Source: an uncultured archaeon
GTDB taxonomy: Archaea; Asgardarchaeota; Thorarchaeia; Thorarchaeales; Thorarchaeaceae
Length of the DNA: 31,783 nucleotides
Direction: 5' to 3'
Assembly: GCA_964458565.1 (NCBI GenBank)
Contig: CAYWJO010000040.1
Location: forward strand, 1-31,783
In this document: piece after piece, positions 1 to 8,477 of the stretch
How positions within the stretch are numbered: position 1 is the first letter of the stretch
Layout: each line of letters starts with the position of its first letter
Notes under the pieces: model-generated
The model's database searches: none
What the model saw: the letters and a program-made list of their open reading frames with translations, nothing else
What the model was told of the DNA's origin: nothing
Translations under genes and position numbers: made by a program

Positions 1-2013
1 TAAGGGATCTGTCCCATAGATTAGCTCGAGTCCATCAGGCAGAAGGTCATCGTCTGTGTCTGAGTCATTGATGTGGGTCGGATATATTGGCCAGAGGGAC
101 TCGTTGTCCTGTGATAACATATACACAGATGACGTAGTTACCCCTAGGGGTGGTGTCTCTGCAGTCACGCCCTCCCAGGCCTCGAGGTTGTCAGGGATAT
201 CATCACCATCAGTGTCATTTGACATCGGATTCGAAAACGTGACGAATATCTCGTTGTAGTCATTGATGTTGTCTCCGTCCGAGTCCGCCACATCTGGATG
301 GGTCCCGTAGTGAAGCTCAAGCCCATCATGAAGTCCATCTCCATCGGTGTCATTCAACACAGGACAGGTGTTGAAACGAAGCACAATAGTGAGAGCCTCG
401 AATGGGTAGGTGATAATGCTCACGTTTTCCAATATCATCTCTTGACCATCAAGAAGTGTGTCTCCGTCTGTGTCACTATTCAAGGGGTCGAGAGGTATCG
501 GGTCATGACCAGGCCAGCCTAAGCACAGATAGAGCTCTTGACCATCTGTGAGACCATCCGAATCGGTGTCAATAGTTATGGGGGATGTTCCGTAGTCAAG
601 GACCTCATCACCGTCGCTGAGCGGCATACTCATCGTACCATTCGCATTCGGATAGTCAAGTGAGTCATGGTCTGTATCCCAGTCTAAGGGATTACTGTTA
701 TAGATGAGCAACTCTTCTCCGTCTCCCAGGCGGTCGTCATCCGTATCAAATAGACGCGGGTTGGTCCTTGAGACAAACACTTCATAGCCGTCCTCAAGCA
801 TATCCTCGTCAGTATCTACTCTAAGCGGGTCAGTACGGTATATGAGGACCTCCTCACCATCCGTCAACCCGTCTAGGTCACAGTCCCTCTCCAGTGGGTT
901 CGTGTAGAAGAAGAAGAGTTCCAGCCCGTCAGATAGACCATCATGATCGGTATCATTGTTCAAGGGGTCAGTACCGTAGAGGAAGTACTCGTCGCCATCC
1001 AAGACAAAGTCCTCGTCAGAATCAGGATTCCTTGGGTCTGTGGGGAGCCACCAGTCCTCGTAGTCAGGTAGGTGGTCATTGTCACTATCTGGGTTCTGTG
1101 CGTCTGTCCCAGTGCCTCCTGGACCAATGAGTTCATGTCCGTCCTTCAGACCATCACTGTCCTGGTCACCATTAGTTGGGTCCCACTGTGGGTCATGAGC
1201 TAGTTCGTATCCATCTGTCAGGTACAAGAGTACCACTGTGTCATTGTCTGTGTCAGGATTGCAGGGGTTTGTCTTGACAAGTCGCACCTCTGGGTAGCCT
1301 TCAAGGTCGGGAATGATTGCTATCTGACCTCTCACTTCAGTACCGTCATGCAGATCCCAGATGAATGTGTTAGTCGGGAAGAAGGGATCGCCCTCAACGT
1401 CTTGGTACAACCATGCAACGCAGTCATCATCAGTATCCGCGTCAAGAGGGTGTGTCCACCTGAAGTTCACATACCGGAATAGCTCGACCTCGGTCTCGTT
1501 CATGTACTCCACGCCGTTCTCCCATTCTGAGCCATCTGTCAAGCCGTCGTTGTCAGTATCAGGATTTAGAGGATCAGTGCGGTCGTCATAGTAGAAGTTC
1601 CCAATCTTGACCGACTCAACAGCCCCATAGGTTCCCTTGGTCAGGGTGACATTGTAGACTGTATTTATCTCATACCAGTCAGAGAGTTGGTCTCCGTCTG
1701 TGTCAAAGAGGAAGGGTGAGGTGTGGAAGACCTTACACTCCCAATAGTCAGTGATGTTGTCTCGTTCAGTGTCGTTGAGCAGTGGATTGGTCTTAAACGT
1801 GACATGTTCCTCATAGTCCGTGAGCAGGTCGTCGTCCGAATCAGTGTCATAGGGTGCAGTATTCAACTCTAATTCTAATTTATCATTGAGACCGTCTCCA
1901 TCAGTATCGGGATTCTGCCAGTCAAGGAAAGTCCCTGTGAACTCTGGGTTCTGTCCGTAGAGCGATGACATGGCTTTCTCAAAGTCATCAGGAAGACCAT
2001 CCAGGTCCGAGTC
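1..2013 (-). repeat. Protein-level tandem repeat array (~20-35 aa units, TxP..DxDxDxLxDxxE)
   Basis: 22 units counted by hand from DSDLDGLPDDFE to DTDDDLLPDGLE. The DNA is diverged between units. Some units carry insertions, e.g. DTDHDSLDYPNANGTMSMPLSDGDE. Confidence 0.9.
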
Positions 2014-4173
2014 GGTCTCATCTGCTGCTTCAGTACCCCATTCATTGTCTGTCCAGGAGTGAGTCATGTCAATAGTCGTCTGCCACGGACCGCCAAAGTT
2101 CGTCCCGAAGGATACCAGCGTTAAGTCCACTCCAAAGTAGAGTGAGCAGTACAGGGTGATAGTGACTCCTACGGTCGCCGTTGACATGTCGCTTAGCGTG
2201 TGTACGATGACAGGGTCGGGGTCCTCTGCCAGGGCCATGGCTGCTTCTGGCGCTAGGGCTCCAGTCTGTTGTATGAACTGCATACCAACCAGGAAGGATC
2301 CTGAGAAGACACAGACGAGAATCTCGATGTCGAGTGTGACACCCATGACGATCTCAAAGAGGAGGGTTGATAATGCAGGAAGTCCCTGCCCTTGGTACTT
2401 CATACTAATCTCAAAGACGACGGACATCGTGAGGGTTATTGAGACCGTGAGCAACATGCCAAACCAGTCCAAAATAGTTGAGATGACTCCTATAGGACCA
2501 GCACCAAGAAACTTACCAATACTCATAGCGAAGTTCATGTCGAGCTCGAACCTTAGACCCCACTCTCGAACATCGATGAAGGCACGTTCAGTGTTAGAAG
2601 CGTCAAGAGGCGGAAAGGCAAGTTCCATCCATGCATGACCAAAGAAGTCGATGGTCAACTCTGCTGAGATTCCCTGAATCCAGGGAGTGCCCAATGGTAG
2701 GAATGCACAGATACCCAAGTCGATTCTCATCACCGGGATGACATCGATGAACTTCCTAACCTCCAAAAAGGCAGCCTCGGTATCACCATAGTCGCTCATG
2801 TCGACTCCGTTGAGTATGGCCTTCTGCATGAAGCTCTCAAAGGTAGTCCTATCCACCTCAAAGTCAGGGAGAAGCTTGATTCGAAGAACAGCCCCAAAGC
2901 TGGCAAAGTTGGATCCCAAGTTAAGGGGCGTACCTAGTCGGAACAGAAACACTGGTACAAGCCCTGCAAGGTCGGTCTGTACAGGAGTGTTGATTATCCA
3001 GTCGAAGAACTCTCCTACACCCTCGTCGACCTCATACCAGAGGTCTAGAATCATCTGGTCGATCATACGCCATAGGTCAAGCATCTCACCTGGGAGTAGG
3101 TGCGGTATCATATCCGAGAACTCAGCTGTGGATGAGTCTATGAAGAGGATGTCCTTCTCTACGAACTTCTTCTCAAACCAGGCTCTGATTTCCGACCGTG
3201 ACCGGTTCACAACTCCCTGGATGTAATTGTTAAGCCTTTCAGCTGCATCAACATGGATCTCCAGACCAATAAAGCCAAGGCCAACCATGACGGTGAGGAC
3301 AGTGTCCAGGAGCCATCCCATGGGTCCTCCAACACCGCTGGTGGGCATCATCTCGCGAAGCTCGATATAGTCTTCATCCGCTGCAGGGGTGCCCAGACGC
3401 ATCACTGGTTTCAGCTCTTCTCCTGCCTCATTGTACTGCTTCTCTTCCTCAATCCATGACTCTGTTAATGCAGGATTGTCAATGGGGTCAGGGACGTTTT
3501 CACCAGTGTAGGTATCGGGTAGAACACCCTTTGACATGTACTCGTTAATATTGTCAGCAAAGTCGCGGAGTACGGTCTCTCGAAGGGACTCACCTGTCGC
3601 TGACCATCTGGAGTCGTCAGACGTTGACATAGTATCAGCAATGGTCCAGAGTGCGAACAGTCGGCCCAGACGAACATCCAGGACCTCGGAGTCATCAGTG
3701 TGAAGGTTGGAGACATCTCCAAGATGCTCCTTTATGTTGGATGCACTACCTATTCCAAAGATATGTTCGGTCTGAAGATTGTATGATAGTATGTCAGCAA
3801 CACGTTTCCATGTGACAAGCTCATCGCGCACTAGGATTCCAGCATGATTGCTCTGGAAGTAGTAGACCGCAAAGTCAGGTTGATATCTCTCCAACTCAAG
3901 CTCTAGGAGGAGAATTGAACTGATGTCGAAGGTGTCGACACGGATACCCTCCTCAAAGAGGGGCGTGGTGGTACCTGCCACCATGCTTGTTACTTCCTCA
4001 CACTCCTTGTCATAATAGATATGAACTAGAGCAGGTGTGAACTCATCATATTCAGGTTCAATAGATTCTGATACTGAAACTGCCGAAACTGGAACAAGCA
4101 GCGATGAACTAATCAACATCATTACTACTAGTATGACAATTAGGCGAAGTCCAACCTTCTTTGCTACAACCAC
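1..4173 (-). CDS. Giant secreted/surface protein with >=22 bacterial TSP3-type (DxDxDGLxDxxE) Ca2+-binding repeats; partial, runs off left edge (>=1391 aa)
   Basis: Manual translation gives an open frame from GTG at 4173 (in-frame TGA upstream at 4198-4200, GGGGG just upstream of the start) to base 1 with no stop. The N-terminus MVVAKKVGLRLIVILVVMMLISSSLLVPVSA looks like a signal peptide. From ~2013 to 1 there are repeats such as DTDGDGLNDKLE, DTDNDGLTDGSE, DTDHDGLSDGLE and DTDSDGLTDGQE, each typically followed by T[DN]P. Absent from the ORF track because its stop lies outside the window. Confidence 0.93.
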   Translation of the reverse strand, partial: MVVAKKVGLRLIVILVVMMLISSSLLVPVSAVSVSESIEPEYDEFTPALVHIYYDKECEEVTSMVAGTTTPLFEEGIRVDTFDISSILLLELELERYQPDFAVYYFQSNHAGILVRDELVTWKRVADILSYNLQTEHIFGIGSASNIKEHLGDVSNLHTDDSEVLDVRLGRLFALWTIADTMSTSDDSRWSATGESLRETVLRDFADNINEYMSKGVLPDTYTGENVPDPIDNPALTESWIEEEKQYNEAGEELKPVMRLGTPAADEDYIELREMMPTSGVGGPMGWLLDTVLTVMVGLGFIGLEIHVDAAERLNNYIQGVVNRSRSEIRAWFEKKFVEKDILFIDSSTAEFSDMIPHLLPGEMLDLWRMIDQMILDLWYEVDEGVGEFFDWIINTPVQTDLAGLVPVFLFRLGTPLNLGSNFASFGAVLRIKLLPDFEVDRTTFESFMQKAILNGVDMSDYGDTEAAFLEVRKFIDVIPVMRIDLGICAFLPLGTPWIQGISAELTIDFFGHAWMELAFPPLDASNTERAFIDVREWGLRFELDMNFAMSIGKFLGAGPIGVISTILDWFGMLLTVSITLTMSVVFEISMKYQGQGLPALSTLLFEIVMGVTLDIEILVCVFSGSFLVGMQFIQQTGALAPEAAMALAEDPDPVIVHTLSDMSTATVGVTITLYCSLYFGVDLTLVSFGTNFGGPWQTTIDMTHSWTDNEWGTEAADETDSDLDGLPDDFEKAMSSLYGQNPEFTGTFLDWQNPDTDGDGLNDKLELELNTAPYDTDSDDDLLTDYEEHVTFKTNPLLNDTERDNITDYWECKVFHTSPFLFDTDGDQLSDWYEINTVYNVTLTKGTYGAVESVKIGNFYYDDRTDPLNPDTDNDGLTDGSEWENGVEYMNETEVELFRYVNFRWTHPLDADTDDDCVAWLYQDVEGDPFFPTNTFIWDLHDGTEVRGQIAIIPDLEGYPEVRLVKTNPCNPDTDNDTVVLLYLTDGYELAHDPQWDPTNGDQDSDGLKDGHELIGPGGTGTDAQNPDSDNDHLPDYEDWWLPTDPRNPDSDEDFVLDGDEYFLYGTDPLNNDTDHDGLSDGLELFFFYTNPLERDCDLDGLTDGEEVLIYRTDPLRVDTDEDMLEDGYEVFVSRTNPRLFDTDDDRLGDGEELLIYNSNPLDWDTDHDSLDYPNANGTMSMPLSDGDEVLDYGTSPITIDTDSDGLTDGQELYLCLGWPGHDPIPLDPLNSDTDGDTLLDGQEMILENVSIITYPFEALTIVLRFNTCPVLNDTDGDGLHDGLELHYGTHPDVADSDGDNINDYNEIFVTFSNPMSNDTDGDDIPDNLEAWEGVTAETPPLGVTTSSVYMLSQDNESLWPIYPTHINDSDTDDDLLPDGLELIYGTDPL

Positions 4174-4259
4174 TTTAGAGAACCCCCGATACAGTATTCA
4201 ACAAATGAAAAATAAGATCTAGAGAGAGTGAGTCTAATGCTTAGTGTTTTGTAATCAGT

Positions 4260-4279
4260 ATGAATACTACAGTATTCAT
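4260..4279. promoter_or_regulatory. Perfect 9-bp inverted repeat ATGAATACT-ac-AGTATTCAT, candidate operator upstream of the giant gene
   Basis: Read directly from the sequence. The 11-mer TACAGTATTCA occurs at both 4268-4278 and 4190-4200. Confidence 0.45.
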
Positions 4280-4392
4280 TTTCAGCACATTCTAATAGAT
4301 AGAATGAAAGCTTGCGAATCATTCTTCTCTCCCATTAACCGTTCGAATCCTAGGACATGTGAATCCTCCATTTAACACTTGTCTAATCTTGA

Positions 4393-4959
4393 CTAGTACA
4401 TTTTGTATGGAATAGAAGAATTGGTACCAGTATGATGACCAATATCAATATATTCTCCTTGAATCATTTCTTCGAAAGCTCTAGTGATAAACACCGCTTC
4501 AGTATCTAACTGCTTAGCGATTTTTTCTGTGAACTCCCTACCCTCTTCTGTAGTTACAATTTGATCTGGTGCATTATTTTCTCGCAGGTCAATCTTGTTA
4601 CCTGCAATCAACACTGGGGGTAAACTCCCTGCATAAGCATGCGCTTCCACTAGCCATTTGGCTGAATTTTCAAATGAGAACCTGTCAATTGTTGAATAAA
4701 CTAGCATGAGGCCACTTGCGCCATCATAGTATCGCTTTCTCAAGTTTTCAAATTGTGACTGACCAGCGATATCCCATATGATCAAGTTTGTGGGTATGCC
4801 GTTATAACTAATCATCTTCTGTGCGAAATCGACACCTAATGTTGGGATGTAATTTCGCTTAAAACCAATACCAAGATACTTTCTTCTGATGCTCGTTTTA
4901 CCCACGAAGCCATCTCCCACGAGACATATCTTGAACTGTCTACGTAGTGGTCCTCTCAT
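4393..4959 (-). CDS. Rab/Ras-like small GTPase, G5 motif absent
   Basis: G1 GDGFVGKT, G2 YIPTLGVDF, G3 IWDIAGQ, Rab-like RYYDGA, G4 GNKID. After strand beta6 the sequence reads AVFITRAFEE with no ETSA[KL]. Confidence 0.92.
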   Translation of the reverse strand: MRGPLRRQFKICLVGDGFVGKTSIRRKYLGIGFKRNYIPTLGVDFAQKMISYNGIPTNLIIWDIAGQSQFENLRKRYYDGASGLMLVYSTIDRFSFENSAKWLVEAHAYAGSLPPVLIAGNKIDLRENNAPDQIVTTEEGREFTEKIAKQLDTEAVFITRAFEEMIQGEYIDIGHHTGTNSSIPYKMY

Positions 4960-5037
4960 CCTCTATTCTTCTCCAAACAGGTATGGCGGGTTGATAGTAA
5001 TATGATACCTAGTACCTATAGAAATATTGCTGATGCT

Positions 5038-5406
5038 TTATCTTGCCTCTGAATCGTCCTGCATAGCTCCCCACAGGTTCCCTTCGGTGTCTTTGAAATA
5101 CACCAACCAGCCAACGCCTGGGACTGCACTTACAGGTCTAACAACTTCTCCGCCATTCTTCACAATCTTTTCTGAAATATCCTTTGCATCATCAACATCC
5201 AATGTATTGACCACAGTATCATCATCCGACTGGCGTTTCCCAAAAGCACCATCAATTCCTAATTTTTCATTATCTCCTGTCATCAGAAACCAATAGTCTA
5301 TTGGTCCATCCCATTTCTGTACTTTCCAACCAAAAACGTTCTCATAGAATTTAATCATCTTTTCAACATCATCTGCGACCAATTCGAAATGCACTACTCT
5401 AGCCAT
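5038..5406 (-). CDS. VOC/glyoxalase-bleomycin resistance family protein (COG3324-like)
   Basis: RVVHFEL..FYENVFGW..GIDG..GGEVV..VPGVGWLVYFKDTEGN signature. TAATG stop/start overlap with the upstream paralog. Confidence 0.9.
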   Translation of the reverse strand: MARVVHFELVADDVEKMIKFYENVFGWKVQKWDGPIDYWFLMTGDNEKLGIDGAFGKRQSDDDTVVNTLDVDDAKDISEKIVKNGGEVVRPVSAVPGVGWLVYFKDTEGNLWGAMQDDSEAR

Positions 5407-5804
5407 TATTTCTCACCCTCTTCCATCCCTGCGGTACTATCATGCTGCATCATTCCTAAGAGATTTCCACCTGGATCTCTAAAGTAAGCTAGGTATCCTA
5501 CACCCTTCACAACCATTTTGTCATAGAGTATCTCTCCACCATGCTCCTTGATTTTTTTAACGTGTTTATCAATATCATCAATATCAAGGACATTGATCAC
5601 TCTTGCATTTTCTGCTGATTCATCTTCGCGCTTATAGAATGCTCCATTGATTCCTGCCTCAGATGCGTCTCCTGTTATTACAGCTAGATACTTTCCCCAA
5701 GGTCCATTCTGTTGTTCGAGTTTCCAACCAAACGTTTTGGAGAAGAATTTCTCAGCTCTCTCAACATTATCTACTGGTACTTCAAAGTGTATCACTCTTC
5801 CCAT
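5406..5804 (-). CDS. VOC/glyoxalase-bleomycin resistance family protein (paralog)
   Basis: RVIHFEV..FFSKTFGW..GINGA..GGEIL..GVGYLAYFRDPGGN; GGTGAG RBS upstream. Confidence 0.9.
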   Translation of the reverse strand: MGRVIHFEVPVDNVERAEKFFSKTFGWKLEQQNGPWGKYLAVITGDASEAGINGAFYKREDESAENARVINVLDIDDIDKHVKKIKEHGGEILYDKMVVKGVGYLAYFRDPGGNLLGMMQHDSTAGMEEGEK

Positions 5805-5927
5805 TATATCTCACCATGTTTAGGAAATTAACTATAATTAAGCAAAAATAGTATTTTAGGGTTTCGTTCAGGACGGCGAAATTGTTATCTACGACTTCAT
5901 GTGATGTGATTTTCGAGGATTTGATAC

Positions 5928-6341
5928 ATGTCCAATAGTCCGAGAGCAGCGAAGGCATTCATTGGATTCTTCTTTATCATTTGGTGTACCATCACTTTTG
6001 GAATGGGGTTCAACTCTTTAGAGTGGGGTGCACCGTTCATATTCGTCTTGGTGCCGTTTCTCTTCGGTATAATTGGCATATTTTTCTGTCTGTGCTTGAT
6101 GAAAGGAGACTTCACGCCCTCTCTTCCAAGAACATATACATCCATGCCCTTTGATAGATCAACTGGTGACTCTAGCTATCCCTCTGACCACCGGGAACAA
6201 CGAACTATCTATCAAGTTCCTAATAGATGTCCATCATGTGGAGCTTCTCTAAGCACAGAAGATGTGGATTATGTGGGCTCCCTACAGATAAGATGCCCAT
6301 ATTGTAGTGCCACTGTAGATGTTGAAGAAAAGAGGTTCTAG
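5928..6341 (+). CDS. Two-TM membrane protein with C-terminal zinc ribbon
   Basis: Two hydrophobic segments, then CPSC-x17-CPYC. Confidence 0.8.
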   Translation: MSNSPRAAKAFIGFFFIIWCTITFGMGFNSLEWGAPFIFVLVPFLFGIIGIFFCLCLMKGDFTPSLPRTYTSMPFDRSTGDSSYPSDHREQRTIYQVPNRCPSCGASLSTEDVDYVGSLQIRCPYCSATVDVEEKRF

Positions 6342-6393
6342 TAACAGTTTTTTAACAACATTTTTAGACGTCAGAAGAACTTACTAGAGCATT

Positions 6394-6813
6394 ATGAAGA
6401 GTCACACCAAATACCTTACATTCAATGTTCCTGCACGAATGGATTTTGTACACATAACAAATCAGGTGCAGGATGCTGTCAGAGAGAGTGGAGTTCGGGA
6501 AGGACTCTGTCTTGTCAATGCTATGCATATCACTGCAAGTGTTTTCATAAATGATAATGAAAGCGGTTTACATTCAGACTATAAGAGATGGTTAGAGGAG
6601 CTTGCACCTCACGAACCAATCAGTCGTTACAAACACAATCGAACTGGAGAGGACAATGGAGATGCACATCATAAGCGGCAGATTATGGGTCGTGAAGTAG
6701 TAGTTGCAATAACTGAGGGGCGTCTTGATCTAGGGCGGTGGGAAGCTATATTCTACGGCGAATTTGATGGTCGGCGAAATAAACGCGTATTAATCAAGAT
6801 TATTGGTGAATGA
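6394..6813 (+). CDS. yjbQ: YjbQ/UPF0047 family (secondary thiamine-phosphate synthase-like) protein
   Basis: Family motifs [25 protein letters not shown] and [18 protein letters not shown]. Confidence 0.92.
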   Translation: MKSHTKYLTFNVPARMDFVHITNQVQDAVRESGVREGLCLVNAMHITASVFINDNESGLHSDYKRWLEELAPHEPISRYKHNRTGEDNGDAHHKRQIMGREVVVAITEGRLDLGRWEAIFYGEFDGRRNKRVLIKIIGE

Positions 6814-6830
6814 GATATTCTATCTGTGAA

Positions 6831-7148
6831 TTACCATGACCATTTCAAGTCCTTCACAATGAAATTGTTAATGGAGTCAAGAAGACCACTTAGCTTATTT
6901 CCTCTCTTTGTAAGGATATGAATAATCTCGTTTCCCTCTTTCTCAATTGTGATCAGTTCGTTATCGAGTAAGAATTTCCTCACGCTTGCAACTCGAGCTC
7001 CGTTTAGAGCTGGGAGTGTCTTTGTTTGCTTTCCTGCTTTGATTATCTCATCTGCTCTCGCTCTTCCTCCTAGTCTCTTGAGCAAGAGAATCACGGTCAG
7101 TTCATATTCTCCCCGAAGCAATTTCACAAAGGGACTGATTTTTGCCAT
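6831..7148 (-). CDS. Winged-helix DNA-binding protein
   Basis: Basic 105-aa protein with wing motif LLDNELITIEKEGNEIIHILTKRG; GGTGA RBS upstream; divergent from the Ntn hydrolase gene. Confidence 0.7.
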   Translation of the reverse strand: MAKISPFVKLLRGEYELTVILLLKRLGGRARADEIIKAGKQTKTLPALNGARVASVRKFLLDNELITIEKEGNEIIHILTKRGNKLSGLLDSINNFIVKDLKWSW

Positions 7149-7254
7149 TCTATTATCACCACTCTACATAGGATTTTTTTTGATTAAAGGATTCATTGTA
7201 TTAAATAGACTTGCGTCAATGTACTTGCTTTATAATCTGAAAATGTTCATCTAA

Positions 7255-8430
7255 ATGGGGACTCGGGAAAAGGTAGTGTATATTGTGAAGACTACTAAAA
7301 TCCTAATCTCACTCATTGTTACTTTACTAATATTCACCCAGATTCGAATTTCTATCCCTTTTGTGAATAATACAGATGAATTTGCACCATCTCCTGGATT
7401 AGAGGGTTGTTCAGTACTCACTTGTACTATTGGAAATACAACACTGTTTGGTTACAACCTAGATGGCTATGATTATCTAACCCCATTCATATCATTTGGT
7501 AATCACCTCACATTCAGTGATGGGGGCACTCAATACTTTGGGAAACCTGTAGCTGCCACAGGACGAATGCTTCCTACAGGTCCACGAGATGGATATGCAG
7601 AATTCACACTAGATGGTCTCTGTAGTGCTGGTAATAGTCTGGCAACTGTTCCAATGTATATTGACCCGTTTAAGACCAACTATACACCTCAGATTGATGG
7701 TCCAGGTGTTGTTGGCGAGTGTAACACTGTTGAGGAGGTGATTGAGTTCTTCAACGAACATAATTACATCCGAAGTGATCCTCCTGAATGGTGGTGGCAG
7801 TATCACTTTGCAGATGCGTTTGGTAAATCTGTAGTAATCGCTGTAGATGAAGAAGGTAAGGTAGGCTTTACCGAGATGAATGAATCACACTATACAGTGT
7901 CTACTAACCACAATCTCTTGGATTTCTCAAATTACGATGGTATTCTCTATGAGAGTATACAAAGATACGATTTAGCCTGTGAAATGCTGGATGAAATCAC
8001 TATCGAAGAAAACCTTACAGTTGATGCAATACGTGATGTACTACAAGCTCTTAGTGCTGACAGTACAACGCATAGTTTGATAATGAATCCACGCACTCAT
8101 GACATGTATGTGTACATTCCAGATGATTATAGCAGAACAATTCACTTCAATCTAGAAGATGAGCTTGCATCGCTTGAAGTCAATGAAACAAAGTTATACA
8201 ATCTCACAGCATTATACAACGATTGGGTGCCAACTTATACAACAGGTGAATCACCAAGTTCTACACCACACATTTCATCTGAATATACAACGACAGAAAT
8301 TTCTACGTCGACCCTCGATACTGCACTTATCGCTGATCCGCAACTCCAATTGGTAATCATCGGGGTTATCAGTGGATTGGGAATTATGGCAATCTCCATA
8401 GTTGTTCTATTTGTGAGAAAGAGAGGATAA
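7255..8430 (+). CDS. Secreted, C-terminally anchored Cys-type Ntn hydrolase (choloylglycine hydrolase/penicillin V acylase/C45-like)
   Basis: N-terminal hydrophobic segment, then EG|CSVLT...LFGYNLD (N-terminal nucleophile pattern), HFADAFGKSVVI, STNH and SIQRY. Ser/Thr-rich linker, C-terminal TM and RKRG tail. The true start may be the GTG at 7285. Confidence 0.8.
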   Translation: MGTREKVVYIVKTTKILISLIVTLLIFTQIRISIPFVNNTDEFAPSPGLEGCSVLTCTIGNTTLFGYNLDGYDYLTPFISFGNHLTFSDGGTQYFGKPVAATGRMLPTGPRDGYAEFTLDGLCSAGNSLATVPMYIDPFKTNYTPQIDGPGVVGECNTVEEVIEFFNEHNYIRSDPPEWWWQYHFADAFGKSVVIAVDEEGKVGFTEMNESHYTVSTNHNLLDFSNYDGILYESIQRYDLACEMLDEITIEENLTVDAIRDVLQALSADSTTHSLIMNPRTHDMYVYIPDDYSRTIHFNLEDELASLEVNETKLYNLTALYNDWVPTYTTGESPSSTPHISSEYTTTEISTSTLDTALIADPQLQLVIIGVISGLGIMAISIVVLFVRKRG

Positions 8431-8477
8431 TTCGAGAAACAAAAAACCTATGCGTAAATCATCCACTTGAACCATCA

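Noticed and set aside
1-2013. Periodic DNA pattern (GTC/ATC-rich) suggesting CRISPR or a DNA tandem repeat
   Set aside because: Explained by Asp-rich protein repeats; there are no identical DNA repeats with unique spacers.
56-4222. Numerous short ORF-track ORFs (e.g. 2156-2638, 2798-3226, 3465-3722, 4037-4222)
   Set aside because: Antisense or off-frame shadows of the giant minus-strand gene; Ser/Thr-rich with no motifs.
4341-4350. GTTCGAATCC, the tRNA T-loop consensus
   Set aside because: The flanks do not form a 5-bp T stem, and no acceptor, D or anticodon arms can be built; not a tRNA or an obvious att site.
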